NCBI GenBank assembly: GCA_964057225.1
Contig: OZ059898.1
Coordinates: 18,972,001-19,036,000, forward strand
Source: Auanema rhodensis
Lineage: Eukaryota; Animalia; Nematoda
DNA: 64,000 nucleotides
Direction of reading: 5' to 3'
The first letter of the stretch is position 1; each line of letters begins with the position of its first letter. The translations under genes were made by a program, and so were the position numbers. Shown here piece by piece: positions 39,101 to 54,900 of the stretch. Below the pieces are notes generated by a model that worked only from the letters and a program-made list of their open reading frames with translations, did no database searches and was not told the DNA's origin.

Positions 39101-41600
39101 TTTTGTCAAAATGTTTTTGGAAGCAATGTTGAGTGTACATGGAAACTCAACATACACTAATGCATCATTTTTCAAACGATCATAACTAATTTTTGTATTA
39201 AGCGTTTCTCAATGTAGTATAGTGCATTCGATGCGGATTTTTAAGCTGCGTCGATCTGTGTTATCAGATTTGCGCTAGCTTAAAAATGCACCGAGATATC
39301 AACTGATATAAGTTCACACTTATATCCTCGATTTTCACCCTGAAGAATTAATTTTTTCGTTGAAAAACATTGTCCATCGTGTTTGCCTTGAAAAAAGGAA
39401 TCACAAAACATCTACTTTTTGCTAAATTATTTTGAAATTTTTTGAAAAAATTTTTGTCAAAATGTTTTTGGAAGCAATGTTGAGTGTACATGGAAACTCA
39501 ACATACACTGATGCATCATTTTTCAAACGATCATAACTAATTTTTGTATTAACTGTTTCTCAATGTAGTATAGTGCATTCGATGCGGATTTTTAAGCTGC
39601 GTCGATCTGTGTTATCAGATTTGCGCTAGCTTAAAAATGCACCGAGATATCAACTGATATAAGTTCACACTTATATCCTCGATTTTCACCCTGAAGAATT
39701 AATTTTTTCGTTGAAAAACATTGTCCATCGTGTTTGCCTTGAAAAAACGAATCTAAAAACATCTACTTTTTGCTAAATTATTTTGAAATTTTTCGAAAAA
39801 ATTTTTGTCAAAATGTTTTTGGAAGCAATGTTGAGTGTACATGGAAACTCAACATACACTAATGCATCATTTTTCAAACGATCATAACTAATTTTTGTAT
39901 TAAGCGTTTCTCAATGTAGTATAGTGCATTCGATGCGGATTTTTAAGCTGCGTCGATCTGTGTTATCAGATTTGCGCTAGCTTAAAAATGCACCGAGATA
40001 TCAACTGATATAAGTTCACACTTATATCCTCGATTTTCACCCTGAAGAATTAATTTTTTCGTTGAAAAACATTGTCCATCGTGTTTGCCTTGAAAAAAGG
40101 AATCACAAAACATCTACTTTTTGCTAAATTATTTTGAAATTTTTTGAAAAAATTTTTGTCAAAATGTTTTTGGAAGCAATGTTGAGTGTACATGGAAACT
40201 CAACATACACTAATGCATCATTTTTCAAACGATCATAACCTATTTTTTGTATTAAGCGTTTCTCAAAGTAGTATAGTGCATTCGATGCGGATTTTTAAGC
40301 TGCGTCGATCTGTGTTATCAGATTTGCGCTAGCTTTAAAATGCACCGAGATATCAACTGATATAAGTTCACACTTATATCCTCGATTTTCACCCTGAAGA
40401 ACTAATTTTTTCGTTGAAAAACATTGTCCATCGTGTTTGCCTTGAAACAAGGAATCTGAAAACATCTACTTTTTGCTAAATTATTTCGAAATTTTTCGAA
40501 AAAATTTTTGTCAAAATGTTTTTGGAAGCAATGTTGAGTGTACATGGAAACTCAACATACACTAATGCATCATTTTTCAAACGATCATAACTAATTTTTG
40601 TATTAAGCGTTTCTCAATGTAGTATAGTGCATTCGATGCGGATTTTTAAGCTGCGTCGATCTGTGTTATCAGATTTGCGCTTGCTTAAAAATGCACCGAG
40701 ATATCAACTGATATAAGTTCACACTTATATCCTCGATTTTCACCCTGAAGAATTAATTTTTTCGTTGAAAAACATTGTCCATCGTGTTTGCCTTGAAAAA
40801 AGGAATCACAAAACATCTACTTTTTGCTAAATTATTTTGAAATTTTTTGAAAAAATTTTTGTCAAAATGTTTTTGGAAGCAATGTTGAGTGTACATGGAA
40901 ACTCAACATACACTGATGCATCATTTTTCAAACGATCATAACTAATTTTTGTATTAAGCGTTTCTCAATGTAGTATAGTGCATTCGATGCGGATTTTTAA
41001 GCTGCGTCGATCTGTGTTATCAGATTTGCGCTAGCTTAAAAATGCACCGAGATATCAACTGATATAAGTTCACACTTATATCCTCGATTTTCACCCTGAA
41101 GAATTAATTTTTTCGTTGAATAACATTGTCCATCGTCTTTGCCTTGAAAAAAGGAATCACAAAACATCTACTTTTTGCTAAATTATTTTGAAATTTTTCG
41201 AAAAAATTTTTGTCAAAATGTTTTTGGAAGCAATGTTGAGTGTACATGGAAACTCAACATACACTAATGCATCATTTTTCAAACGATCATAACTAATTTT
41301 TGTATTAAGCGTTTCTCAAAGTAGTATAGTGCATTCGATGTGGATTTTTAAGCTGCGTCGATCTGTGTTATCAGATTTGCGCTAACTTAAAAATGCACCG
41401 AGATATCAACTGATATAAGTTCACACTTATATCCTCGATTTTCACCCTGAAGAATTAATTTTTTCGTTGAATAACATTGTCCATCGTCTTTGCCTTGAAA
41501 AAAGGAATCTAAAAACATCTACTTTTTGCTAAATTATTTTGAAATTTTTTGAAAAAATTTTTGTCAAAATGTTTTTGGAAGCAATGTTGAGTGTACATGG
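33200..41600. repeat. Tandem 12-monomer (4212-bp) higher-order duplication in satellite B
   Basis: CATAACCAAT ~33571/37783 and AAAAACGAAT ~35536/39748 are offset by 4212. GAAACAAGG 36231/40444 and TGTGG 37126/41339 are offset by 4213, past a 1-bp insertion. Confidence 0.9.
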
Positions 41601-43299
41601 AAACTCAACATACACTAATGCATCATTTTTCAAACGATCATAACTAATTTTTGTATTAAGCGTTTCTCAAAGTAGTATAGTGCATTCGATGCGGATTTTT
41701 AAGCTGCGTCGATCTGTGTTATCAGATTTGCGCTAGCTTAAGAATGCACCGAGATATCAACTGATATAAGTTCACACTTATATCCTCGATTTTCACCCTG
41801 AAGAACTAATTTTTTCGTTGAAAAACATTGTCCATCGTGTTTGCCTTGAAAAAAGGAATCTAAAAACATCTACTTTTTGCTAAATTATTTCGAAATTTTT
41901 CGAAAAAATTTTTGTCAAAATGTTTTTGGAAGCAATGTTGAGTGTACATGGAAACTCAACATACACTAATGCATCATTTTTCAAACGATCATAACTAATT
42001 TTTGTATTAAGCGTTTCTCAAAGTAGTATAGTGCATTCGATGCGGATTTTTAAGCTGCGTCGATCTGTGTTATCAGATTTGCGCTAGCTTTAAAATGCAC
42101 CGAGATATCAACTGATATAAGTTCACACTTATATCCTCGATTTTCACCCTGAAGAACTAATTTTTTCGTTGAAAAACATTGTCCATCGTGTTTGCCTTGA
42201 AAAAAGGAATCTAAAAACATCTACTTTTTGCTAAATTATTTCGAAATTTTTCGAAAAAATTTTTGTCAAAATGTTTTTGGAAGCAATGTTGAGTGTACAT
42301 GGAAACTCAACATACACTAATGCATCATTTTTCAAACGATCATAACTAATTTTTGTATTAAGCGTTTCTCAATGTAGTATAGTGCATTCGATGCGGATTT
42401 TTAAGCTGCGTCGATCTGTGTTATCAGATTTGCGCTAGCTTAAAAATGCACCGAGATATCAACTGATATAAGTTCACACTTATATCCTCGATTTTCACCC
42501 TGAAGAATTAATTTTTTCGTTGAATAACATTGTCCATCGTCTTTGCCTTGAAAAAAGGAATCTAAAAACATCTTCTTTTTGCTAAATTATTTTGAAATTT
42601 TTTGAAAAAATTTTTGTCAAAATGTTTTTGGAAACAATGTTGAGTGTACATGGAAACTCAACATACACTAATGCATCATTTTTCAAACGATCATAACTAA
42701 TTTTTGTATTAAGCGTTTCTCAAAGTAGTATAGTGCATTCGATGTGGATTTTTAAGCTGCGTCGATCTGTGTTATCAGATTTGCGCTAACTTAAAAATGC
42801 ACCGAGATATCAACTGATATAAGTTCACACTTATATCCTCGATTTTCACCCTGAAGAATTAATTTTTTCGTTGAATAACATTGTCCATCGTCTTTGCCTT
42901 GAAAAAAGGAATCTAAAAACATCTACTTTTTGCTAAATTATTTTGAAATTTTTTGAAAAAATTTTTGTCAAAATGTTTTTGGAAGCAATGTTGAGTGTAC
43001 ATGGAAACTCAACATACACTAATGCATCATTTTTCAAACGATCATAACTAATTTTTGTATTAAGCGTTTCTCAAAGTAGTATAGTGCATTCGATGCGGAT
43101 TTTTAAGCTGCGTCGATCTGTGTTATCAGATTTGCGCTAGCTTAAAAATGCACCGAGATATCAACTGATATAAGTTCACACTTATATCCTCGATTTTCAC
43201 CCTGAAGAATTAATTTTTTTGTTGAATAACATTGTCCATCGTCTTTGCCTTGAAAAAAGGAATCTAAAAACATCTACTTTTTGCTAAATTATTTTGAAA

Positions 43300-46200
43300 T
43301 TTTTTGAAAAAATTTTTGTCAAAATGTTTTTGGAAGCAATGTTGAGTGTACATGGAAACTCAACATACACTAATGCATCATTTTTCAAACGATCATAACT
43401 AAATTTTGTATTAAGCGTTTCTCAAAGTAGTATAGTGCATTCGATGTGGATTTTTAAGCTGCGTCGATCTGTGTTATCAGATTTGCGCTAACTTAAAAAT
43501 GCACCGAGATATCAACTGATATAAGTTCACACTTATATCCTCGATTTTCACCCTGAAGAATTAATTTTTTCGTTGAATAACATTGTCCATCGTCTTTGCC
43601 TTGAAAAAAGGAATCTAAAAACATCTACTTTTTGCTAAATTATTTTGAAATTTTTTGAAAAAATTTTTGTCAAAATGTTTTGGGAAGCAATGTTGAGTGT
43701 ACATGGAAACTCAACATACACTAATGCATCATTTTTCAAACGATCATAACTAATTTTTGTATTAAGTGTTTCTCAAAGTAGTATAGTGCATTCGATGCGG
43801 ATTTTTAAGCTGCGTCGATCTGTGTTATCAGATTTGCGCTAGCTTAAAAATGCACCGAGATATCAACTGATATAAGTTCACACTTATATCCTCAATTTTC
43901 ACCCTGAAGAATTAATTTTTTCGTTGAATAACATTGTCCATCGTCTTTGCCTTGAAAAAAGGAATCTAAAAACATCTTCTTTTTGCTAAATTATTTTGAA
44001 ATTTTTTGAAAAAATTTTTGTCAAAATGTTTTTGGAAGCAATGTTGAGTGTACATGGAAACTCAACATACACTAATGCATCATTTTTCAAACGATCATAA
44101 CTAATTTTTGTATTAAGCGTTTCTCAATGTGGTATAGTGCATTCGATGCGGATTTTTAAGCTGCGTCGATCTGTGTTATCAGATTTGCGCTAGCTTAAAA
44201 ATGCACCGAGATATCAACTGAAATAAGTTCACACTTATATCCTCGATTTTCACCCTGAAGAATTGATTTTTTTGTTGAATAACATTGTCCATCGTCTTTG
44301 CCTTGAAAAAAGGAATCTAAAAACATCTACTTTTTGCTAAATTATTTTGAAATTTTTTGAAAAAATTTTTGTCAAAATGTTTTTGGAAGCAATGTTGAGT
44401 GTACATGGAAACTCAACATACACTAATGCATCATTTTTCAAACGATCATAACTAATTTTTGTATTAAGCGTTTCTCAAAGTAGTATAGTGCATTCGATGC
44501 GGATTTTTAAGCTGCGTCGATCTGTGCTATCAGATTTGCGCTAGCTTAAAAATGCACCGAGATATCAACTGAAATAAGTTCACACTTATATCCTCGATTT
44601 TCACCCTGAAGAATTAATTTTTTCGTTGAAAAACATTGTCCATCGTGTTTGCCTTGAAAAAAGGAATCTAAAAACATCTACTTTTTGCTAAATTATTTTG
44701 AAATTTTTCGAAAAAATTTTTGTCAAAATGTTTTTGGAAGCAATGTTGAGTGTACATGGAAACTCAACATACACTCATGCATCATTTTTCAAACGATCAT
44801 AACTAATTTTTGTATTAAGCGTTTCTCAATGTAGTATAGTGCATTCGATGCGGATTTTTAAGCTGCGTCGATCTGTGTTATCAGATTTGCGCTAGCTTAA
44901 AAATGCACCGAGATATCAACTGATATAAGTTCACACTTATATCCTCGATTTTCACCCTGAAGAATTGATTTTTTTGTTGAATAACATTGTCCATCGTCTT
45001 TGCCTTGAAAAAAGGAATCTAAAAACATCTTCTTTTTGCTAAATTATTTTGAAATTTTTTGAAAAAATTTTTGTCAAAATGTTTTTGGAAGCAATGTTGA
45101 GTGTACATGGGAACTCAACATACACTAATGCATCATTTTTCAAACGATCATAACTAATTTTTGTATAAAGCGTTTCTCAATGTAGTATAGTGCATTCGAT
45201 GCGGATTTTTAAGCTGCGTCGATCTGTGTTATCAGATTTGCGCTAGCTTAAAAATGCACCGAGATATCAACTGAAATAAGTTCACACTTATATCCTCGAT
45301 TTTCACCCTGAAGAATTAATTTTTTCGTTGAAAAACATTGTCCATCGTGTTTGCCTTGAAAAAAGGAATCTAAAAACATCTACTTTTTGCTAAATTATTT
45401 TGAAATTTTTCGAAAAAATATTTGTCAAAATGTTTTTGGAAGCAATGTTGAGTGTACATGGAAACTCAACATACACTAATGCATCATTTTTCAAACGATC
45501 ATAACTAAATTTTGTATTAAGCGTTTCTCAATGTAGTATAGTGCATTCGATGCGGATTTTTAAGCTGCGTCGATCTGTGTTATCAGATTTGCGCTAGCTT
45601 AAAAATGCACCGAGATATCAACTGATATAAGTTCACACTTATATCCTCAATTTTCACCCTGAAGAATTAATTTTTTTGTTGAATAACATTGTCCATCGTC
45701 TTTGCCTTGAAAAAAGGAATCTAAAAACATCTTCTTTTTGCTAAATTATTTTGAAATTTTTTGAAAAAATTTTTGTCAAAATGTTTTTGGAAGCAATGTT
45801 GAGTGTACATGGGAACTCAACATACACTAATGCATCATTTTTCAAACGATCATAACTAATTTTTGTATAAAGCGTTTCTCAATGTAGTATAGTGCATTCG
45901 ATGCGGATTTTTAAGCTGCGTCGATCTGTGTTATCAGATTTGCGCTAGCTTAAAAATGCACCGAGATATCAACTGAAATAAGTTCACACTTATATCCTCG
46001 ATTTTCACCCTGAAGAATTAATTTTTTCGTTGAAAAACATTGTCCATCGTGTTTGCCTTGAAAAAAGGAATCTAAAAACATCTACTTTTTGCTAAATTAT
46101 TTTGAAATTTTTCGAAAAAATATTTGTCAAAATGTTTTTGGAAGCAATGTTGAGTGTACATGGAAACTCAACATACACTAATGCATCATTTTTCAAACGA

Positions 46201-49200
46201 TCATAACTAAATTTTGTATTAAGCGTTTTTCAATGTAGTATAGTGCATTCGATGCGGATTTTTAAGCTGCGTCGATCTGTGTTATCAGATTTGCGCTAGC
46301 TTAAAAATGCACCGAGATATCAACTGATATAAGTTCACACTTATATCCTCGATTTTCACCGTGAAGAATTAATTTTTTTGTTGAATAACATTGTCCATCG
46401 TCTTTGCCTTGAAAAAAGGAATCTAAAAACATCTACTTTTTGCTAAATTATTTTGAAATTTTTTGAAAAAATTTTTGTCAAAATGTTTTTGGAAGCAATG
46501 TTGAGTGTACATGGAAACTCAACATACACTAATGCATCATTTTTCAAACGATCATAACTAATTTTTGTATTAAGCGTTTCTCAAAGTAGTATAGTGCATT
46601 CGATGCGGATTTTTAAGCTGCGTCGATCTGTGTTATCAGATTTGCGCTAGCTTAAAAATGCACCGAGATATCAACTGATATAAGTTCACACTTATATCCT
46701 CGATTTTCACCGTGAAGAATTAATTTTTTTGTTGAATAACATTGTCCATCGTCTTTGCCTTGAAAAAAGGAATCTAAAAACATCTACTTTTTGCTAAATT
46801 ATTTTGAAATTTTTTGAAAAAATTTTTGTCAAAATGTTTTTGGAAGCAATGTTGAGTGTACATGGAAACTCAACATACACTAATGCATCATTTTTCAAAC
46901 GATCATAACTAATTTTTGTATTAAGCGTTTCTCAAAGTAGTATAGTGCATTCGATGCGGATTTTTAAGCTGCGTCGATCTGTGCTATCAGATTTGCGCTA
47001 GCTTAAAAATGCACCGAGATATCAACTGAAATAAGTTCACACTTATATCCTCGATTTTCACCCTGAAGAATTAATTTTTTCGTTGAAAAACATTGTCCAT
47101 CGTGTTTGCCTTGAAAAAAGGAATCTAAAAACATCTACTTTTTGCTAAATTATTTTGAAATTTTTCGAAAAAATTTTTGTCAAAATGTTTTTGGAAGCAA
47201 TGTTGAGTGTACATGGAAACTCAACATACACTCATGCATCATTTTTCAAACGATCATAACTAATTTTTGTATTAAGCGTTTCTCAATGTAGTATAGTGCA
47301 TTCGATGCGGATTTTTAAGCTGCGTCGATCTGTGTTATCAGATTTGCGCTAGCTTAAAAATGCACCGAGATATCAACTGATATAAGTTCACACATATATC
47401 CTCGATTTTCACCCTGAAGAATTGATTTTTTTGTTGAATAACATTGTCCATCGTCTTTGCCTTGAAAAAAGGAATCTAAAAACATCTACTTTTTGCTAAA
47501 TTATTTTGAAATTTTTTGAAAAAATTTTTGTCAAAATGTTTTTGGAAGCAATGTTGAGTGTACATGGAAACTCAACATACACTAATGCATCATTTTTCAA
47601 ACGATCATAACTAATTTTTGTATTAAGCGTTTCTCAAAGTAGTATAGTGCATTCGATGCGGATTTTTAAGCTGCGTCGATCTGTGTTATCAGATTTGCGC
47701 TAGCTTAAAAATGCACCGAGATATCAACTGATATAAGTTCACACTTATATCCTCGATTTTCACCCTGAAGAATTAATTTTTTTGTTGAATAACATTGTCC
47801 ATCGTCTTTGCCTTGAAAAAAGGAATCTAAAAACATCTACTTTTTGCTAAATTATTTTGAAATTTTTTGAAAAAATTTTTGTCAAAATGTTTTTGGAAGC
47901 AATGTTGAGTGTACATGGAAACTCAACATACACTAATGCATCATTTTTCAAACGATCATAACTAAATTTTGTATTAAGCGTTTCTCAATGTAGTATAGTG
48001 CATTCGATGCGGATTTTTAAGCTGCGTCGATCTGTGTTATCAGATTTGCGCTAGCTTAAAAATGCACCGAGATATCAACTGATATAAGTTCACACTTATA
48101 TCCTCAATTTTCACCCTGAAGAATTAATTTTTTTGTTGAATAACATTGTCCATCGTCTTTGCCTTGAAAAAAGGAATCTAAAAACATCTACTTTTTGCTA
48201 AATTATTTTGAAATTTTTTGAAAAAATTTTTGTCAAAATGTTTTTGGAAGCAATGTTGAGTGTACATGGAAACTCAACATACACTAATGCATCATTTTTC
48301 AAACGATCATAACTAAATTTTGTATTAAGCGTTTCTCAAAGTAGTATAGTGCATTCGATGTGGATTTTTAAGCTGCGTCGATCTGTGTTATCAGATTTGC
48401 GCTAACTTAAAAATGCACCGAGATATCAACTGATATAAGTTCACACTTATATCCTCGATTTTCACCCTTAAGAATTAATTTTTTCGTTGAATAACATTGT
48501 CCATCGTCTTTGCCTTGAAAAAAGGAATCTAAAAACATCTACTTTTTGCTAAATTATTTTGAAATTTTTTGAAAAAATTTTTGTCAAAATGTTTTGGGAA
48601 GCAATGTTGAGTGTACATGGAAACTCAACATACACTAATGCATCATTTTTCAAACGATCATAACTAATTTTTGTATTAAGTGTTTCTCAAAGTAGTATAG
48701 TGCATTCGATGCGGATTTTTAAGCTGCGTCGATCTGTGTTATCAGATTTGCGCTAGCTTAAAAATGCACCGAGATATCAACTGATATAAGTTCACACTTA
48801 TATCCTCAATTTTCACCCTGAAGAATTAATTTTTTCGTTGAATAACATTGTCCATCGTCTTTGCCTTGAAAAAAGGAATCTAAAAACATCTTCTTTTTGC
48901 TAAATTATTTTGAAATTTTTTGAAAAAATTTTTGTCAAAATGTTTTTGGAAGCAATGTTGAGTGTACATGGAAACTCAACATACACTAATGCATCATTTT
49001 TCAAACGATCATAACTAATTTTTGTATTAAGCGTTTCTCAATGTAGTATAATGCATTCGATGCGGATTTTTAAGCTGCGTCGATCTGTGCTATCAGATTT
49101 GCGCTAGCTTAAAAATGCACCGAGATATCAACTGAAATAAGTTCACACTTATATCCTCGATTTTCACCCTGAAGAATTAATTTTTTCGTTGAATAACATT

Positions 49201-52100
49201 GTCCATCGTCTTTGCCTTGAAAAAAGGAATCTAAAAACATCTTCTTTTTGCTAAATTATTTTGAAATTTTTTGAAAAAATTTTTGTCAAAATGTTTTTGG
49301 AAGCAATGTTGAGTGTACATGGAAACTCAACATACACTAATGCATCATTTTTCAAACGATCATAACTAATTTTTGTATTAAGCGTTTCTCAATGTAGTAT
49401 AATGCATTCGATGCGGATTTTTAAGCTGCGTCGATCTGTGCTATCAGATTTGCGCTAGCTTAAAAATGCACCGAGATATCAACTGAAATAAGTTCACACT
49501 TATATCCTCGATTTTCACCCTGAAGAATTAATTTTTTCGTTGAAAAACATTGTCCATCGTGTTTGCCTTGAAAAAAGGAATCTAAAAACATCTACTTTTT
49601 GCTAAATTATTTTGAAATTTTTCGAAAAAATTTTTGTCAAAATGTTTTTGGAAGCAATGTTGAGTGTACATGGAAACTCAACATACACTCATGCATCATT
49701 TTTCAAACGATCATAACTAATTTTTGTATTAAGCGTTTCTCAATGTAGTATAGTGCATTCGATGCGGATTTTTAAGCTGCGTCGATCTGTGTTATCAGAT
49801 TTGCGCTAGCTTAAAAATGCACCGAGATATCAACTGATATAAGTTCACACTTATATCCTCGATTTTCACCCTGAAGAATTGATTTTTTTGTTGAATAACA
49901 TTGTCCATCGTCTTTGCCTTGAAAAAAGGAATCTAAAAACATCTACTTTTTGCTAAATTATTTTGAAATTTTTTGAAAAAATTTTTGTCAAAATGTTTTT
50001 GGAAGCAATGTTGAGTGTACATGGAAACTCAACATACACTAATGCATCATTTTTCAAACGATCATAACTAAATTTTGTATTAAGCGTTTCTCAATGTAGT
50101 ATAGTGCATTCGATGCGGATTTTTAAGCTGCGTCGATCTGTGTTATCAGATTTGCGCTAGCTTAAAAATGCACCGAGATATCAACTGATATAAGTTCACA
50201 CTTATATCCTCAATTTTCACCCTGAAGAATTAATTTTTTTGTTGAATAACATTGTCCATCGTCTTTGCCTTGAAAAAAGGAATCTAAAAACATCTTCTTT
50301 TTGCTAAATTATTTTGAAATTTTTTGAAAAAATTTTTGTCAAAATGTTTTTGGAAGCAATGTTGAGTGTACATGGGAACTCAACATACACTAATGCATCA
50401 TTTTTCAAACGATCATAACTAATTTTTGTATAAAGCGTTTCTCAATGTAGTATAGTGCATTCGATGCGGATTTTTAAGCTGCGTCGATCTGTGTTATCAG
50501 ATTTGCGCTAGCTTAAAAATGCACCGAGATATCAACTGAAATAAGTTCACACTTATATCCTCGATTTTCACCCTGAAGAATTAATTTTTTCGTTGAAAAA
50601 CATTGTCCATCGTGTTTGCCTTGAAAAAAGGAATCTAAAAACATCTACTTTTTGCTAAATTATTTTGAAATTTTTCGAAAAAATATTTGTCAAAATGTTT
50701 TTGGAAGCAATGTTGAGTGTACATGGAAACTCAACATACACTAATGCATCATTTTTCAAACGATCATAACTAAATTTTGTATTAAGCGTTTCTCAATGTA
50801 GTATAGTGCATTCGATGCGGATTTTTAAGCTGCGTCGATCTGTGTTATCAGATTTGCGCTAGCTTAAAAATGCACCGAGATATCAACTGATATAAGTTCA
50901 CACTTATATCCTCAATTTTCACCCTGAAGAATTAATTTTTTTGTTGAATAACATTGTCCATCGTCTTTGCCTTGAAAAAAGGAATCTAAAAACATCTTCT
51001 TTTTGCTAAATTATTTTGAAATTTTTTGAAAAAATTTTTGTCAAAATGTTTTTGGAAGCAATGTTGAGTGTACATGGGAACTCAACATACACTAATGCAT
51101 CATTTTTCAAACGATCATAACTAATTTTTGTATAAAGCGTTTCTCAATGTAGTATAGTGCATTCGATGCGGATTTTTAAGCTGCGTCGATCTGTGTTATC
51201 AGATTTGCGCTAGCTTAAAAATGCACCGAGATATCAACTGAAATAAGTTCACACTTATATCCTCGATTTTCACCCTGAAGAATTAATTTTTTCGTTGAAA
51301 AACATTGTCCATCGTGTTTGCCTTGAAAAAAGGAATCTAAAAACATCTACTTTTTGCTAAATTATTTTGAAATTTTTCGAAAAAATATTTGTCAAAATGT
51401 TTTTGGAAGCAATGTTGAGTGTACATGGAAACTCAACATACACTAATGCATCATTTTTCAAACGATCATAACTAAATTTTGTATTAAGCGTTTTTCAATG
51501 TAGTATAGTGCATTCGATGCGGATTTTTAAGCTGCGTCGATCTGTGTTATCAGATTTGCGCTAGCTTAAAAATGCACCGAGATATCAACTGATATAAGTT
51601 CACACTTATATCCTCGATTTTCACCCTGAAGAATTAATTTTTTTGTTGAATAACATTGTCCATCGTCTTTGCCTTGAAAAAAGGAATCTAAAAACATCTA
51701 CTTTTTGCTAAATTATTCTGAAATTTTTTGAAAAAATTTTTGTCAAAATGTTTTTGGAAGCAATGTTGAGTGTACATGGAAACTCAACATACACTAATGC
51801 ATCATTTTTCAAACGATCATAACTAATTTTTGTATTAAGCGTTTCTCAAAGTAGTATAGTGCATTCGATGCGGATTTTTAAGCTGCGTCGATCTGTGTTA
51901 TCAGATTTGCGCTAGCTTAAAAATGCACCGAGATATCAACTGATATAAGTTCACACTTATATCCTCGATTTTCACCGTGAAGAATTAATTTTTTTGTTGA
52001 ATAACATTGTCCATCGTCTTTGCCTTGAAAAAAGGAATCTAAAAACATCTACTTTTTGCTAAATTATTTTGAAATTTTTTGAAAAAATTTTTGTCAAAAT
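43300..52100. repeat. 14-15-monomer-offset duplication with nested dimers in satellite B
   Basis: TGGGAAG 43681/48595 (4914 = 14x351). GTGTACATGGG 45101/50366 (5265 = 15x351). This last variant is itself dimer-duplicated (45101/45803 and 50366/51068, offset 702). Confidence 0.85.
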
Positions 52101-54900
52101 GTTTTTGGAAGCAATGTTGAGTGTACATGGAAACTCAACATACACTAATGCATCATTTTTCAAACGATCATAACTAATTTTTGTATTAAGCGTTTCTCAA
52201 AGTAGTATAGTGCATTCGATGCGGATTTTTAAGCTGCGTCGATCTGTGTTATCAGATTTGCGCTAGCTTAAAAATGCACCGAGATATCAACTGATATAAG
52301 TTTACACTTATATCCTCGATTTTCACCCTGAAAAACTAATTTTTTCGTTGAAAAACATTGTCCATCGTGTTTGCCTTGAAAAAAGGAATCTAAAAACATC
52401 TAATTTTTGCTAAATCATTTTGAAATTTTTCGAAAAAATTTTTGTCAAAATGTTTTTGGAAGCAATGTTGAGTGTACATGGAAACTCAACATACACTAAT
52501 GCATCATTTTTCAAACGATCATAACTAATTTTTGTATTAAGCGTTTCTCAATGTAGTATAGTGCATTCGATGCGGATTTTTAAGCTGCGTCGATCTGTGT
52601 TATCAGATTTGCGCTAGCTTAAAAATGCACGGAGATATCAACTGATATAAGTTCACACTTATATCCTCGATTTTCACCCTGAAGAATTAATTTTTTTGTT
52701 GAATAACATTGTCCATCGTCTTTGCCTTGAAAAAAGGAATCTAAAAACATCTACTTTTTGCTAAATTATTTTGAAATTTTTTGAAAAAATTTTTGTCAAA
52801 ATGTTTTTGGAAGCAATGTTGAGTGTACATGGAAACTCAACATACACTAATGCATCATTTTTCAAACGATCATAACTAATTTTTGTATTAAGCGTTTCTC
52901 AAAGTAGTATAGTGCATTCGATGCGGATTTTTAAGCTGCGTCGATCTGTGTTATCAGATTTGCGCTAGCTTAAAAATGCACCGAGATATCAACTGATATA
53001 AGTTCACACTTATATCCTCGATTTTCACCCTGAAGAATTAATTTTTTTGTTGAATAACATTGTCCATCGTCTTTGCCTTGAAAAAAGGAATCTAAAAACA
53101 TCTACTTTTTGCTAAATTATTCTGAAATTTTTTGAAAAAATTTTTGTCAAAATGTTTTTGGAAGCAATGTTGAGTGTACATGGAAACTCAACATACACTA
53201 ATGCATCATTTTTCAAACGATCATAACTAATTTTTGTATTAAGCGTTTCTCAAAGTAGTATAGTGCATTCGATGCGGATTTTTAAGCTGCGTCGATCTGT
53301 GTTATCAGATTTGCGCTAGCTTAAAAATGCACCGAGATATCAACTGATATAAGTTTACACTTATATCCTCGATTTTCACCCTGAAGAATTAATTTTTTTG
53401 TTGAATAACATTGTCCATCGTCTTTGCCTTGAAAAAAGGAATCTAAAAACATCTACTTTTTGCTAAATTATTTTGAAATTTTTTGAAAAAATTTTTGTCA
53501 AAATGTTTTTGGAAGCAATGTTGAGTGTACATGGAAACTCAACATACACTAATGCATCATTTTTCAAACGATCATAACTAATTTTTGTATTAAGCGTTTC
53601 TCAAAGTAGTATAGTGCATTCGATGCGGATTTTTAAGCTGCGTCGATCTGTGTTATCAGATTTGCGCTAGCTTAAAAATGCACCGAGATATCAACTGATA
53701 TAAGTTTACACTTATATCCTCGATTTTCACCCTGAAAAACTAATTTTTTCGTTGAAAAACATTGTCCATCGTGTTTGCCTTGAAAAAAGGAATCTAAAAA
53801 CATCTAATTTTTGCTAAATCATTTTGAAATTTTTCGAAAAAATTTTTGTCAAAATGTTTTTGGAAGCAATGTTGAGTGTACATGGAAACTCAACATACAC
53901 TAATGCATCATTTTTCAAACGATCATAACTAATTTTTGTATTAAGCGTTTCTCAATGTAGTATAGTGCATTCGATGCGGATTTTTAAGCTGCGTCGATCT
54001 GTGTTATCAGATTTGCGCTAGCTTAAAAATGCACGGAGATATCAACTGATATAAGTTCACACTTATATCCTCGATTTTCACCCTGAAGAATTAATTTTTT
54101 TGTTGAATAACATTGTCCATCGTCTTTGCCTTGAAAAAAGGAATCTAAAAACATCTACTTTTTGCTAAATTATTTTGAAATTTTTTGAAAAAATTTTTGT
54201 CAAAATGTTTTTGGAAGCAATGTTGAGTGTACATGGAAACTCAACATACACTAATGCATCATTTTTCAAACGATCATAACTAATTTTTGTATTAAGCGTT
54301 TCTCAAAGTAGTATAGTGCATTCGATGCGGATTTTTAAGCTGCGTCGATCTGTGTTATCAGATTTGCGCTAGCTTAAAAATGCACCGAGATATCAACTGA
54401 TATAAGTTCACACTTATATCCTCGATTTTCACCCTGAAGAATTAATTTTTTTGTTGAATAACATTGTCCATCGTCTTTGCCTTGAAAAAAGGAATCTAAA
54501 AACATCTACTTTTTGCTAAATTATTCTGAAATTTTTTGAAAAAATTTTTGTCAAAATGTTTTTGGAAGCAATGTTGAGTGTACATGGAAACTCAACATAC
54601 ACTAATGCATCATTTTTCAAACGATCATAACTAATTTTTGTATTAAGCGTTTCTCAAAGTAGTATAGTGCATTCGATGCGGATTTTTAAGCTGCGTCGAT
54701 CTGTGTTATCAGATTTGCGCTAGCTTAAAAATGCACCGAGATATCAACTGATATAAGTTCACACTTATATCCTCGATTTTCACCCTGAAGAATTAATTTT
54801 TTTGTTGAATAACATTGTCCATCGTCTTTGCCTTGAAAAAAGGAATCTAAAAACATCTACTTTTTGCTAAATTATTTTGAAATTTTTTGAAAAAATTTTT
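52100..54900. repeat. Tandem 4-monomer (1404-bp) duplication in satellite B
   Basis: CCTGAAAAACTAAT at ~52331/53735 (offset 1404). CATCTAATTTTTGCTAAATC, GCACGGAG and ATTCTGAAA variants repeat in the same order. Confidence 0.88.
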